A stretch of 64,000 bases of DNA. It comes from Syntrophorhabdaceae bacterium (lineage in GTDB: Bacteria > Desulfobacterota > Syntrophorhabdia > Syntrophorhabdales > Syntrophorhabdaceae). The notes beneath the pieces were generated by a model that worked only from the letters and a program-made list of their open reading frames with translations, had not been told where the DNA came from and searched no databases. The DNA lies in contig OY762209.1 of NCBI GenBank assembly GCA_963665295.1, forward strand, positions 5,312,001 through 5,376,000, read 5' to 3'. This document shows positions 51,791 to 61,475 of the stretch, piece after piece. Both the position numbers and the translations under genes were made by a program. Position 1 is the first letter of the stretch, and the number at the start of each line of letters is the position of its first letter.

Positions 51791-51833
51791 CCGGCAAACA
51801 TCTTCCCACCCGCGTTATTTCGCGGCGTCCCTT

Positions 51834-52298
51834 TCATGGATGCTTTCTGTCCTCTTCAATTACCTTCTCGTACAGACCGTCCGCTCCATTGAACTCAACG
51901 AGACTTCTCCTGAAGGATGGGTCCCTCAGGATCTTCGAGATGCGGGACAACATCTTGAGGTGCAGGCTCGCCGAGTCTTCCGGCGCAATAAGCAGAAAAA
52001 ATATGTGAACCGGTTTACCGTCCACCGCGTCAAAGTCGATACCCTCTTTCGACCTTCCAAAGGCGCACAGGATGTTCGGTATGCCTTTAAGCTTTCCGTG
52101 GGGTATGGCAACTCCGTCGCCGATGCCTGTACTTCCAAGCTTTTCCCTCTCCAACACCACACCGACAGCCTTCCCGGCGTCCTGAACAAGGTTCGCTTCT
52201 TTCAGTGCGTTTACGAGCTCGGCCACGACCTCTTTCTTGGAGGTCCCTTTCAAGTCACTTATCACACACTGCCCGTTCAGCACTTCTTCTATTGTCAT
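51834..52298 (-). CDS. ptsN: PTS EIIA(Ntr)-like protein
   Basis: EREKLGSTGIGDGVAIPH. Confidence 0.88.
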   Translation of the reverse strand: MTIEEVLNGQCVISDLKGTSKKEVVAELVNALKEANLVQDAGKAVGVVLEREKLGSTGIGDGVAIPHGKLKGIPNILCAFGRSKEGIDFDAVDGKPVHIFFLLIAPEDSASLHLKMLSRISKILRDPSFRRSLVEFNGADGLYEKVIEEDRKHP

Positions 52299-52819
52299 AA
52301 AGTCTTTCCCTGCGTTTCAATGAGGCTGAAATTCCCGTCTTTTCTCTTGTAAATGACGCATATGTTTCCACGCTCACGGTCGCTGAAGATCATGAAGCTG
52401 TCTCCCGATGCGTCAAGCTGCATTGTCGCTTCCTCGGGGTCCATAGGTTTCGCATCCACCGTCCTCGTCACAATGATCTTCGAAGCCTCTGCGTCCTGAG
52501 CCGGACCCGCGCCTTTCGGTTTTGCCTCCCTATACTTCTTCAGCTTGTCCCTGAACCTCGTCAGTCTCCTCTCGAGCTTGTCCACGATTTTGTCAACAGC
52601 GGCATGCATCTCGTCCGTAACTTCATGGGCGTTGATCACCACGCCGTTGATAGTGAACATTACATCGATCCTGTGCCGGTATTTCCTCTCAATGGAGAGA
52701 ACCACATGAACGTCAAGAGGTATTTCAATATACTTTTGAAGTTTCGCGATCTTCTCTTCCACGTACTTCTTGATCTCCTCGTCAGGAGTGATGTGCCGGA
52801 AACTTATCGTTATACCCAT
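52295..52819 (-). CDS. hpf: Ribosome hibernation promoting factor, long form
   Basis: Sigma54-modulation/S30EA N-domain plus KPMDPEEA...YKRKDG C-domain. Confidence 0.9.
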   Translation of the reverse strand: MGITISFRHITPDEEIKKYVEEKIAKLQKYIEIPLDVHVVLSIERKYRHRIDVMFTINGVVINAHEVTDEMHAAVDKIVDKLERRLTRFRDKLKKYREAKPKGAGPAQDAEASKIIVTRTVDAKPMDPEEATMQLDASGDSFMIFSDRERGNICVIYKRKDGNFSLIETQGKTL

Positions 52820-53053
52820 AATACCTCCACTCATAAAAATAAGGTTGGCACAATTCCAACCCTGTCAACAAAGTTATCAGATATACAACGCGGTGTCAAC
52901 CTAATTCGTTGTAACCATTAAGCTATTAGGGATCACCCTGCGCCGGGGACCCACCCGGACCCCGGCGCGTCCCGCTCTGTAGAGGCGTAACTGCGCGCTA
53001 CGACACCCATAACGGGTCCCGCCGGTTCGGCCATGCCCTTTCACGTTATTCTC

Positions 53054-53082
53054 TTGATCCCGGGAGACTCATGTGGTACAAT
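53054..53082 (+). promoter_or_regulatory. Sigma70-type promoter of the riboswitch/efflux operon
   Basis: TTGATC-17bp-TACAAT with TG extension. Confidence 0.65.
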
Positions 53083-53091
53083 GAAACAAGC

Positions 53092-53183
53092 AAAGGGGAG
53101 TAGCTTTTATCGGCAGCAGCGTCATTACGTCTGCATAGACAGACCGGGCTGCCGGTTAGGTAAAACTAACAAGCAAGACCTTT
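53092..53183 (+). ncRNA. yybP-ykoY (Mn2+-sensing) riboswitch aptamer
   Basis: AAAGGGGAGTAGC ... CGTCATTACG ... ACCGG ... GCAAGACCTTT, the hallmark segments of this class. Confidence 0.9.
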
Positions 53184-53216
53184 ACCAGCAAGACTGGTAA
53201 AGGTCTTTTTTATTTT
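53175..53216 (+). terminator. Riboswitch expression-platform intrinsic terminator
   Basis: AAGACCTTTACCAG-N5-CTGGTAAAGGTCTT plus a T tract; the 5' arm overlaps the 3' strand of aptamer P1. Confidence 0.88.
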
Positions 53217-53245
53217 GTACAAAAAGGAGGCAAGGCAGGTATTCC

Positions 53246-53587
53246 ATGAATAAAAACAGCGCAGGAGGAGGAAGCGATAATTCCGTGAGAATTCGTCCCG
53301 TAGCCCCATGGCCGGCCTTCGCGTTCCCCCTTCTCTCGATCCTGCTCATTGTCATGAGCCTTGCACTCCCCGCAATGGACGCCCTATCCGGACCGGACGA
53401 CGGCAGGAGCGGCAGGTCGTACGAATCCGGCAGTTCGCCCGACGACTCCGACGTGGATATGGACGGCGCGGGGTTGCCCGTAATCCCCTTTCGAACCGTC
53501 TTCCTTGACAGGACCTTCCTTTACTGCGACGGTGAAGGGCTTCGCCCATGGAGCCGGGCCATCTCCCTCTACAAGCCGCCAAGATAG
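53246..53587 (+). CDS. Small leader protein upstream of the RND system
   Basis: AGGAGG upstream; hydrophobic segment, Asp/Ser-rich linker, ends LYKPPR. Confidence 0.55.
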   Translation: MNKNSAGGGSDNSVRIRPVAPWPAFAFPLLSILLIVMSLALPAMDALSGPDDGRSGRSYESGSSPDDSDVDMDGAGLPVIPFRTVFLDRTFLYCDGEGLRPWSRAISLYKPPR

Positions 53588-53717
53588 CCATATCCTTCTT
53601 CCGACACCCGCACAAACAGGCGCCGGGGCTTCCAGGCCCGGCTACCGATGCGACGCCGGTCCCGGATACATGTTCATTGCATAAAAAGATCACCAGCCGA
53701 TTCAGGAGGCAACATTA

Positions 53718-54959
53718 ATGACACATATGCTCGTATCTTTCCTATTTCTCTTATTTACCGCGTGGAGCGCCGTTATTGCCCTCGGGGCAACCAGGGACGA
53801 AGCGGTAAACACGGCGCTTAAGAACAACCCCGAGCTTCAGGCCCTGCGATATGAGGAGGAGGTCGCAAAAGCGCAACTGCAGAAAGCGAAGCTTCCTCTC
53901 CCCGCGAACCCGGTTGTGGGGGGCTCCCTGTCGAAAAAGGACAGACCCGCCGGTGATACGGGGAGCGGGAAATATACCAACTACGGCATCACCCTGTCCC
54001 AGGAATTCGAGATAGGGGGCCAGAGGGGTCTCCGGATAGACCTGGCCCAGAAGAATCTCTCGAAGGTCGGGTTCCTTATAAAGGACAGGGAGAGGGTTCT
54101 CACCTACGAAGTGAAGGACGCCTTCGCCCGGGCCCTTTCTCTCGGGAAGAGAGCGGAACTGGCGGGAAAAGTGGTGGGCTTGCAGGGAGAACTGCTTGAC
54201 TTCACGAGGATAAAATACAAGGCGGGAAGTGTTTCCGGCCTGGAGGTAAACCTCGCCGAGGTAGAACTGGGCAAGGCGAGAAGAGACCTCCTCACCGTGG
54301 AGAGGGAACTGAAAGAGGCCCTCGTCATGCTCCAGGGCCTTATGGGCATGAGGCCCGAGGCCTCCTTCATGGTTCGGGGCGAGTTGTCACCCGAGACTTA
54401 TGTCCTGCCCGACAAGGAGACCTTGAAGGAACGCGCCGCCATGACGAGACCGGACCTCAAGGCGTCCGTTGCGGAGGTTGACATCTCCGGTACGGCCGTG
54501 GACCTCGCGAAGAGGCAGGCCATACCCAACGTGACTTTCGGCGGTTTTCAGGCCAGGGACCAGGAACAATTCGACCGGGGCGTCCTCATGTCCGTCTCTA
54601 TCCCTCTTTTCGACAGGAAACAGGCGGAGAGAAAGACCGCCGAGGCCAGGGCGTTTCAGGCAAGGATAGCCCGATCAGGGGCTGAAAAGGGGCTCCTGAG
54701 GGAGATCGAAGGGACCTACAACAACCTCGTCCTCACCCTCGAGGAACTCGCGGTCTTTAAAAAGGACATCATCAATAAGTCGATTGAGACCCTGAACCTT
54801 CTCAACTTCGCGTTCAAGGAGGGCAAGGTCAGCTTTTTCGAGGTCAGGACCGCCCAGAAGGATACGCTGGAAATGCAGTTCGCCTATCTCGACACGGTAT
54901 TGCAGGCCGAGAGGTGGATATACGCGATCGAGAGGGCCACGGGAGGTACCGCACGATGA
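53718..54959 (+). CDS. TolC/CzcC-family outer membrane efflux protein
   Basis: Signal peptide, ALKNNPEL, LSQEFEIGGQRG, SIPLFDR. Confidence 0.9.
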   Translation: MTHMLVSFLFLLFTAWSAVIALGATRDEAVNTALKNNPELQALRYEEEVAKAQLQKAKLPLPANPVVGGSLSKKDRPAGDTGSGKYTNYGITLSQEFEIGGQRGLRIDLAQKNLSKVGFLIKDRERVLTYEVKDAFARALSLGKRAELAGKVVGLQGELLDFTRIKYKAGSVSGLEVNLAEVELGKARRDLLTVERELKEALVMLQGLMGMRPEASFMVRGELSPETYVLPDKETLKERAAMTRPDLKASVAEVDISGTAVDLAKRQAIPNVTFGGFQARDQEQFDRGVLMSVSIPLFDRKQAERKTAEARAFQARIARSGAEKGLLREIEGTYNNLVLTLEELAVFKKDIINKSIETLNLLNFAFKEGKVSFFEVRTAQKDTLEMQFAYLDTVLQAERWIYAIERATGGTAR

Positions 54960-56176
54960 AGGGATTTCTACTCGGACGAAAGAAACAGGTCGCCATCGTT
55001 ATTATATGCCTTCTTATCGCTTCCATATTCGGAGTCTCTATGGCTATCCGGAAGGGGTCGTCAAAAGGCGACGCCCTTCAAGGGGGCAAGGGGGGCGCGG
55101 CGGGAGAACCGGAGTCCGGCGTAGTCGTACTCCCTCCGGAAAAACTCAACGCCTCGGGTATAGAAGTGATCAAGGTCTCCCGTGAACCGGTCACCGCGCC
55201 CCTTATGGCCACCGCCGCCATCGAACTCAACGCGGACAGGACCTCCAGGATAAGCTCAAGGGTCGCGGGACGCATCGTGCGTCTTGCCGTATCCCAGGGA
55301 GACCGGGTGCGGCAGGGTCAGCCTCTCGCGACCATGGACACTGTCGAACTCGACCAGATATGGTCGGACTACAGGAAGAACACGGGAAGGTATGACCTCG
55401 CCCGGAAAAACCTCAAACGGGAGGAGGCCCTCTTTGAAAAGAACGTGGCCCCGGAAAAGGATGTACTCAAGGCGCGGCAGGAACTGAGCGAGGCTGAGGC
55501 AGACCTTACCCTCTCAAAGGAACGTTTTCGTCTCCTGGGGATCAATGCACTGGACACCCTCCGGAACGGGGATGTTCAAAGCCGGCCTCTCATCCCCATC
55601 ATCTCGTCGGTGGGAGGGGTCGTGATCGAGAAGTCGGTCACTCAGGGTGAGGTGGTAAACCCTGAAAAACTGCTCTTTGTCGTGGCCGACCTCACCACCC
55701 TGTGGGTGCTCGTGGATATTTACGAGAAGGACATGTCGCGCCTCAAGACGGGCGCGGTCGTCCATGTGTCTGTGAACGCCTTCCCGGACAAGACGTTCCG
55801 GGGCAGGATATCCTATATCGGTGACGTGGTTGACGAACGCACGAGGACTGTCAAGGCCCGCGTCACCATCGACAATACGGAAGGACACCTGAAACCGGGC
55901 ATGTTCGCCACCGTCTCCGTAGACTCCGATAAGGACGCCGTCACGGAAAAGGTTATCGCTGTTCCCGAGGAAGCCGTCCTCGTCGACGGGACGGACAGGT
56001 ACGTCTTTGTCCGCACGGGCGATGGCCGGTTCCGGCGCACGGACGTGGCCCTCGGACGCCCCATGGGCAAGCAGGTCGAGATAACCGGGGGGCTCTCCGA
56101 AGGGGATATGCTTGTGGTGAAAGGGACGTTTCCTCTCAAATCGGAGTACAAAAGACAGTCGCTCAGGGCCGAATAA
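54956..56176 (+). CDS. RND periplasmic adaptor (CzcB/CusB-like)
   Basis: GDRVRQGQPL, ADLTTLWV, RTRTVKAR, LKPGMF. Confidence 0.92.
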   Translation: MKGFLLGRKKQVAIVIICLLIASIFGVSMAIRKGSSKGDALQGGKGGAAGEPESGVVVLPPEKLNASGIEVIKVSREPVTAPLMATAAIELNADRTSRISSRVAGRIVRLAVSQGDRVRQGQPLATMDTVELDQIWSDYRKNTGRYDLARKNLKREEALFEKNVAPEKDVLKARQELSEAEADLTLSKERFRLLGINALDTLRNGDVQSRPLIPIISSVGGVVIEKSVTQGEVVNPEKLLFVVADLTTLWVLVDIYEKDMSRLKTGAVVHVSVNAFPDKTFRGRISYIGDVVDERTRTVKARVTIDNTEGHLKPGMFATVSVDSDKDAVTEKVIAVPEEAVLVDGTDRYVFVRTGDGRFRRTDVALGRPMGKQVEITGGLSEGDMLVVKGTFPLKSEYKRQSLRAE

Positions 56177-56188
56177 GGAGGGGACACG

Positions 56189-59100
56189 ATGCAGAGAATT
56201 ATCGATTTTGTTCTGAAGCAGCGCCTCCTGGTGCTCCTTTGCCTGGGCCTCCTCGTTGCGGCGGGGCTCTTCAGTTACAAGACCATCTCCATCGACGCCT
56301 TTCCGGATGTGACCAACGTCCAGGTCCAGATCATCACCCAAACCCCCGGCATGTCCCCTCTCGAAACGGAGAGGTTCGTCACCGCCCCCATCGAGTTGCA
56401 GATGAGCGGCCTCACAGGACTCAAGGAGACAAGGTCCATATCGAAGTACGGCCTCTCTCTTATCACCCTTGTCTTTGAAGACAGGGTCGATGTCTACTTC
56501 GCCCGTCAGCTTGCCCTGGAACGTCTTATCGAGGTAAGGGACCGGCTCCCGAAGGGGGCGGACCCATCCCTTGGACCGGTTTCCACGGGTCTCGGTGAGA
56601 TATACCAGTACACCCTCGAAGGGAAGGGAAAGAGCCTCATGGAACTGAGGACCCTGCAGGATTGGGTAGTGAAGAAGGTCCTGAAGTCCGTCCCCGGAGT
56701 AATCGAAGTCAATTCCCACGGCGGAGACGTGAAGGAATACCAGGTCATCGTGAGTCCCGAAAAACTGATCAAATACAACCTTTCCCTGAAACATATCTTC
56801 GAGGCGGTGGCGCAGAATAACGCCAACGCGAGCGGCAGCTACATGAACATCGGCGGAGAAAGGTATGTCATAAGGGGCCTGGGGCTCCTCAAGACCCTGA
56901 ACGACATAGGCAATATCGTGGTTACGTCGTCCCGGGGAACGCCCGTGTTCGTAAAAGATATTGCCGACCTCAAACTCGGGCCCGCCTTCAGTCCCGGTGC
57001 GGCGGTACGGAACGGCGAGGAAGCGGTGGCGGGAATCGTCCTCCTTGTAAAGGGCGGCAATTCCATGGTGGTCGTCAAGAAGATAAAGGACAAGATAAAG
57101 GAGCTTCACAAGATGCTCCCCGACGGTGTCCGGACCGTTCCCTTCTATGACCGCGCCGAACTGGTGAAACGGGTGCTCTCCACCATCACGTGGGCCCTGG
57201 CGGAAGGTTCCGTCCTTGTCATTGTGGTGCTCTTCATATTTCTGGGAAGCGTGAGGACCGCCCTGGTGGTCACCTTCTCCCTGCCCCTCACCGTACTCCT
57301 CACATTCGTCATCATGAAACAGGCCGGGCTCACGGCAAACCTCATGTCCCTGGGAGGTCTTGCCATAGCGATCGGCATGATCGTGGACGGGGCCGTGGTT
57401 ATCGTGGAAAACGTGTACCGGGAACTCTCGGAGAATAAGGAGAAATCACGCACCCATATCGTGGCTGAGGCGGCAAAGGAAGTGGTAAGGCCCGTCTTTT
57501 TCGGGATATTGATCATTACCATCGTATTCCTGCCCCTCTTTACTCTCACCGACGTGGAGGGAAAAATGTTCATCCCCCTCGCCCTGACCGTGGTGATAGC
57601 CCTCGTAAGTTCCCTTGTGGTCTCCTTCGTGTTCGTTCCCGTTTTCTCCCTCTTCGTCCTGAAGCCGGGCAAGGAGCAGGACACCAGGCTCCTTGCCGCC
57701 ATCAAGCGGCGCTTCCGGCCCATACTCGACTGGGCGCTCTCGCACAGAAAGAAGGTAGCGGTTCTCTCGCTGGCGCTCCTTGGGGTAAGCCTCTGCCTGC
57801 TGCCCCTGATCGGCCGCGAGTTCATGCCCATCATGCAGGAGGGCGCCATCGTTATCCAGCCCATAAGGTTTCCGAGCGTCTCCCTGGAGAAATCCATAGA
57901 GATTGAAAAGCAGGTCCACAAGATCATCTTCTCCTTCCCCGAGGTGGAGACCATGGTCTCCAAATTGGGCGGTTCGGGCATTGCCACAGACTCCCAGGGA
58001 CCCGAGATTTCCGACCCTATTGTCACCCTCAAGCCTCGATCCCAATGGAAAACGGCAAAAACCCAGGAAGCCCTTATCGCGAAGATGCGTGAACGCCTCG
58101 AGGCGGCCCTGCCCGGAGTGGGCTTCAATTTCAGCCAGCCCATAGCCCTCAGGGTCGACGAGTTGATCTCGGGCGTTAAATCGCAGCTCGCCATAAAGAT
58201 ATTCGGCGATGACCTCGACGTCCTGAAGCAGAAAGCGGAGGAGATCGCGAAAATCATGTCTGCCGTGAAAGGCACCACGGACCTCCGGGTGGAGCAGGTA
58301 TCCGGACAGCCCTACCTCCACATCGATTTCGACAGGAATGCGACGGCACGGTACGGCATCAATATATCGGATGTCCAGGAGATCATAGAGACGGCGATCC
58401 GGGGGGGTCAGCCCACCGAATTGTTCGAGGGAGACAAAAGGTTCGCCGTGAGGATACGGTTCCCCGAGGAAAAACGGAATAATGCGGAAACCATAGGCAA
58501 ACTGCTCGTCCCCGTACAGGAAGGCCGGGGCATACCCTTGAATCAGGTGGCAACCCTGAACCTTCTCGAAGGCCCCAACCAGATAAGCCGGGAGAACGGC
58601 CAGAGGAGGATCGTCATCGAGTGTAACCTGAAAGGCCGCGATATGGGGAGTTTTGTCGAAGAGGCCCAGAAAAAAATCGGTGGAAAGGTGACCCTGCCTG
58701 CGGGGTACACCATGAAATGGGGTGGACAATTTGAAAACCAGCAACGGGCCATGAAGCGCCTTATGGTCATCGTGCCCATCACCCTGGTTCTCATATTCGT
58801 CCTTCTCTATTTTACCTTCAACTCCGTAAAGAACGCCCTCCTCATCATTTTGAACATCCCCTTCGCGCTCATAGGAGGGATAGTCGCCCTCTTCCTCTCG
58901 GGCCAGTACCTGAGCGTCCCCGCGTCCGTGGGATTTATCGCTCTTTTCGGGGTGGCGGCCCTCAACGGGATCGTTCTGGTTTCATGTGTCAATCAACTCA
59001 GAAGGGACGGAATGCCCCTGGACCAGGCAGTAAGGACCGGCACGGAGCTTCGCTTGAGGCCGGTGCTCATGACCGCGTCCGTGACCCTCCTCGGCCTTAT

Positions 59101-59254
59101 ACCCCTGCTCCTCTCGTCGGGGATAGGGTCGGAAATACAGAAGCCTCTCGCAGTGGTGGTGGTGGGTGGTCTGATAACCTCGACGCTGCTCACTATAGTC
59201 GTATTACCGACCTTTTACAAGTGGTTCGAGGAAAATGACGAGCAAGGGTCATGA
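56189..59254 (+). CDS. CzcA/CusA-family heavy-metal RND permease
   Basis: IDAFPDVTNVQVQI, AIAIGMIVDGAVVIVEN, RLRPVLMTA. Confidence 0.95.
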   Translation: MQRIIDFVLKQRLLVLLCLGLLVAAGLFSYKTISIDAFPDVTNVQVQIITQTPGMSPLETERFVTAPIELQMSGLTGLKETRSISKYGLSLITLVFEDRVDVYFARQLALERLIEVRDRLPKGADPSLGPVSTGLGEIYQYTLEGKGKSLMELRTLQDWVVKKVLKSVPGVIEVNSHGGDVKEYQVIVSPEKLIKYNLSLKHIFEAVAQNNANASGSYMNIGGERYVIRGLGLLKTLNDIGNIVVTSSRGTPVFVKDIADLKLGPAFSPGAAVRNGEEAVAGIVLLVKGGNSMVVVKKIKDKIKELHKMLPDGVRTVPFYDRAELVKRVLSTITWALAEGSVLVIVVLFIFLGSVRTALVVTFSLPLTVLLTFVIMKQAGLTANLMSLGGLAIAIGMIVDGAVVIVENVYRELSENKEKSRTHIVAEAAKEVVRPVFFGILIITIVFLPLFTLTDVEGKMFIPLALTVVIALVSSLVVSFVFVPVFSLFVLKPGKEQDTRLLAAIKRRFRPILDWALSHRKKVAVLSLALLGVSLCLLPLIGREFMPIMQEGAIVIQPIRFPSVSLEKSIEIEKQVHKIIFSFPEVETMVSKLGGSGIATDSQGPEISDPIVTLKPRSQWKTAKTQEALIAKMRERLEAALPGVGFNFSQPIALRVDELISGVKSQLAIKIFGDDLDVLKQKAEEIAKIMSAVKGTTDLRVEQVSGQPYLHIDFDRNATARYGINISDVQEIIETAIRGGQPTELFEGDKRFAVRIRFPEEKRNNAETIGKLLVPVQEGRGIPLNQVATLNLLEGPNQISRENGQRRIVIECNLKGRDMGSFVEEAQKKIGGKVTLPAGYTMKWGGQFENQQRAMKRLMVIVPITLVLIFVLLYFTFNSVKNALLIILNIPFALIGGIVALFLSGQYLSVPASVGFIALFGVAALNGIVLVSCVNQLRRDGMPLDQAVRTGTELRLRPVLMTASVTLLGLIPLLLSSGIGSEIQKPLAVVVVGGLITSTLLTIVVLPTFYKWFEENDEQGS

Positions 59255-59293
59255 AACCATGGAAAGTACACAAGACGAATCCGAGGAGAAAAG

Positions 59294-59635
59294 ATGAAAG
59301 AGATCAAGGCGATACTGCAACCATTCATGTTGTCGAAGGTGGCGTGGGCCCTTCAACAAGTCCCTGACTTTCCGGGGATGACCGTGTCCAGGGTCCAGGG
59401 CTTCGGCCGGGGAAAGGCAAAGGGCGCGCCCGATGCGATCATGGAGGACCTCATCGACTACGTGCCCAGGGTAAGGATAGAGATAGTCGTGAAGGACGAT
59501 ATGGTCGAAAAGGTCGTGCGGACCATCGCGCAGAACGCCCATACGGGAAACAAGGGCGACGGCAAGGTATTTGTCTGCAATGTGGAGCATATCATAAGGG
59601 TGAGGACGGGCGAAACGAATGAAAACGCCCTCTAG
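59294..59635 (+). CDS. PII-family signalling protein
   Basis: MKEIKAI, GMTVS.V.GFGR, AHTGNKGDGKVFV, IRVRTGE. Confidence 0.92.
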   Translation: MKEIKAILQPFMLSKVAWALQQVPDFPGMTVSRVQGFGRGKAKGAPDAIMEDLIDYVPRVRIEIVVKDDMVEKVVRTIAQNAHTGNKGDGKVFVCNVEHIIRVRTGETNENAL

Positions 59636-59685
59636 CGCGGATCTTTCCCGGTTCGGGGCGGTTTCGCGCGAAGGAGGGGAGAAGA

Positions 59686-61440
59686 TCAGCCTTCCAGCGT
59701 CCTTTCGATGATCTCGGCAAGCTCACGCCTGCTTACGGTCTTCGAGGTAAAGGCCCGGATGCCCGCCTCGGCAATCATGGCCGGGGTGATGGTCTCGTTG
59801 AAACCGGAACAGAGGATAACGGGTATATCGGGTCTGATCTCTTTCACCTTCTTCGCGAGGTCGATCCCCGTCATGTGGGGCATGGTATAATCCGTAATGA
59901 CGAGATCGAACTGGTCCGCCTTTGCCTCGAAAGTCCGCATCGCCTCCGCGCCGCTCGTGTGAGCGACCACGTGGTGGCCAAGGTTCCTGAGCCTTGTCGA
60001 ATTCATCTCCACGAGCATATCCTCGTCGTCCACAAAGAGAATCCGCGCCTTCCTCCCCGGGGTGGCGCCGGACTCGCCCGCCTTTGAAACGGCCCTCCCC
60101 ACGACCCTGGGCAGATAGACGCAAAAGACCGACCCGTGGCCGGGTGTGCTTCGGACCGCAATGTGTCCCTCGTGGCCCTTCACAATCCCGTGCACCACGG
60201 AAAGCCCCATCCCTGTTCCGTGACCGGCCTTTTTCGTGGTAAAAAAGGGATCGAATATCTTTTCCAGGAGGTCGTGGGCAATTCCGCACCCCGTGTCCCC
60301 CACAGAAAGCTCTACGTAGGGACCCGGTTTTATCCCGCACTCCAGGGCTTCCGCCTCGGAAAGGTCCCTGTCCGTGAGGCTCACTTCAAGTACGCCACCT
60401 CTTTCCCGCATGGAGTGGGCGGCATTCGTGCAAAGGTTCATGATTATCTGGTGTAACTGGACCTGGTCCGCAAGTATTCTGTCGTGGACCGTGAAAGGCT
60501 TCTTCCTGATTTCCACGGTGGACGGAATGGCGGGACCGAGAAGCTTGAGCGCCTCTTCAATGACCTGCCCCGCGGCGACCTCTTTGCGCTCGGTCTTTGT
60601 CCGGCGGCTGAAGGTAAGGATCTGTTTTACAAGCCCCCGGCCCCGCATGGCGCCCTTGAGCACCAGCGTGAGCTTGCGGTGCAGGGGACTGTCGGGCGGC
60701 GTCTCTTCGAGGGCCATCTCCGTGAAACCGATTATGCCGGCAAGGATATTGTTGAAGTCATGAGCGACGCCTCCCGCAAGAGTGCCCAAGGCCTCCATCT
60801 TGTGGGACTGGCGAAGCTGCTCCTCGACTTTCACCCGTTGCTCCGTCTCAGCCCGGAGGGTCTCCAACGCTTCCATCAACTCACCTGTCCGCTCTTCCAC
60901 CCTCAGCTCGATCTCACGCTTCGACCTTTCCAGGGCGTCACGCATTTCGGCGAGGTTCATCACCATGGCGTTGAAGGACTCGGAGAACTCTCCCATGAAG
61001 TCCACCCGTTGGGTAAAATCCCCCCTGGCCACCGCCTGGGTCTGCCAGGTAAGATGACGGAGGTTCGCCTGGAGGGCCTTGAGACTGCCCGCCATGGCGC
61101 CCGTAGCCTTGAGAGGGTGCGAAAGGTCACCGTTACCCAGGGCAATGGTGAAACGCTGTACCGCCAGCATGTCCGCGAGGAGACGGGCCACCTTGTCCTC
61201 ATAGGCCGGTCCGCCCACCGATTTCCCGGGCAAGTCCGTGGCTTTCGACCAGATAAGGTCTATGGCGTCGAATATCCTGCCTGCCTCGTTCCCGTCGGCA
61301 GTCCCATGGGCGCCGGTTCCCGCCGACCGGCCGAGGGCCGCTTCCATGGTTCGACTCAAACGGGCGTAGTTTTCGGGTGTTTTGGTTTCAATCGCAATAT
61401 CGAGCTGTCGTCTCAGTTCAACCAGGATATCCTCATGCAT
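59686..61440 (-). CDS. Cytoplasmic hybrid sensor histidine kinase (HAMP-HisKA-HATPase-REC)
   Basis: GGVAHDFNNIL, NLCTNA, PFFTTK, GTGMGL, FVDDE, TDYTMP. Confidence 0.92.
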   Translation of the reverse strand: MHEDILVELRRQLDIAIETKTPENYARLSRTMEAALGRSAGTGAHGTADGNEAGRIFDAIDLIWSKATDLPGKSVGGPAYEDKVARLLADMLAVQRFTIALGNGDLSHPLKATGAMAGSLKALQANLRHLTWQTQAVARGDFTQRVDFMGEFSESFNAMVMNLAEMRDALERSKREIELRVEERTGELMEALETLRAETEQRVKVEEQLRQSHKMEALGTLAGGVAHDFNNILAGIIGFTEMALEETPPDSPLHRKLTLVLKGAMRGRGLVKQILTFSRRTKTERKEVAAGQVIEEALKLLGPAIPSTVEIRKKPFTVHDRILADQVQLHQIIMNLCTNAAHSMRERGGVLEVSLTDRDLSEAEALECGIKPGPYVELSVGDTGCGIAHDLLEKIFDPFFTTKKAGHGTGMGLSVVHGIVKGHEGHIAVRSTPGHGSVFCVYLPRVVGRAVSKAGESGATPGRKARILFVDDEDMLVEMNSTRLRNLGHHVVAHTSGAEAMRTFEAKADQFDLVITDYTMPHMTGIDLAKKVKEIRPDIPVILCSGFNETITPAMIAEAGIRAFTSKTVSRRELAEIIERTLEG

Positions 61441-61475
61441 TCCTTGCTTTTCTCCTTTTCCGGATCGGTCCCGGG

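Noticed and set aside
45181..52819. hpf-ptsN-hprK-rapZ-EIIA-HPr-EI-metK-pfkB cluster as a novel system
   Set aside because: Ordinary housekeeping regulatory PTS cluster.
55514..58744. Long minus-strand ORFs (531, 377 and 432 aa)
   Set aside because: Shadows of the RND genes.
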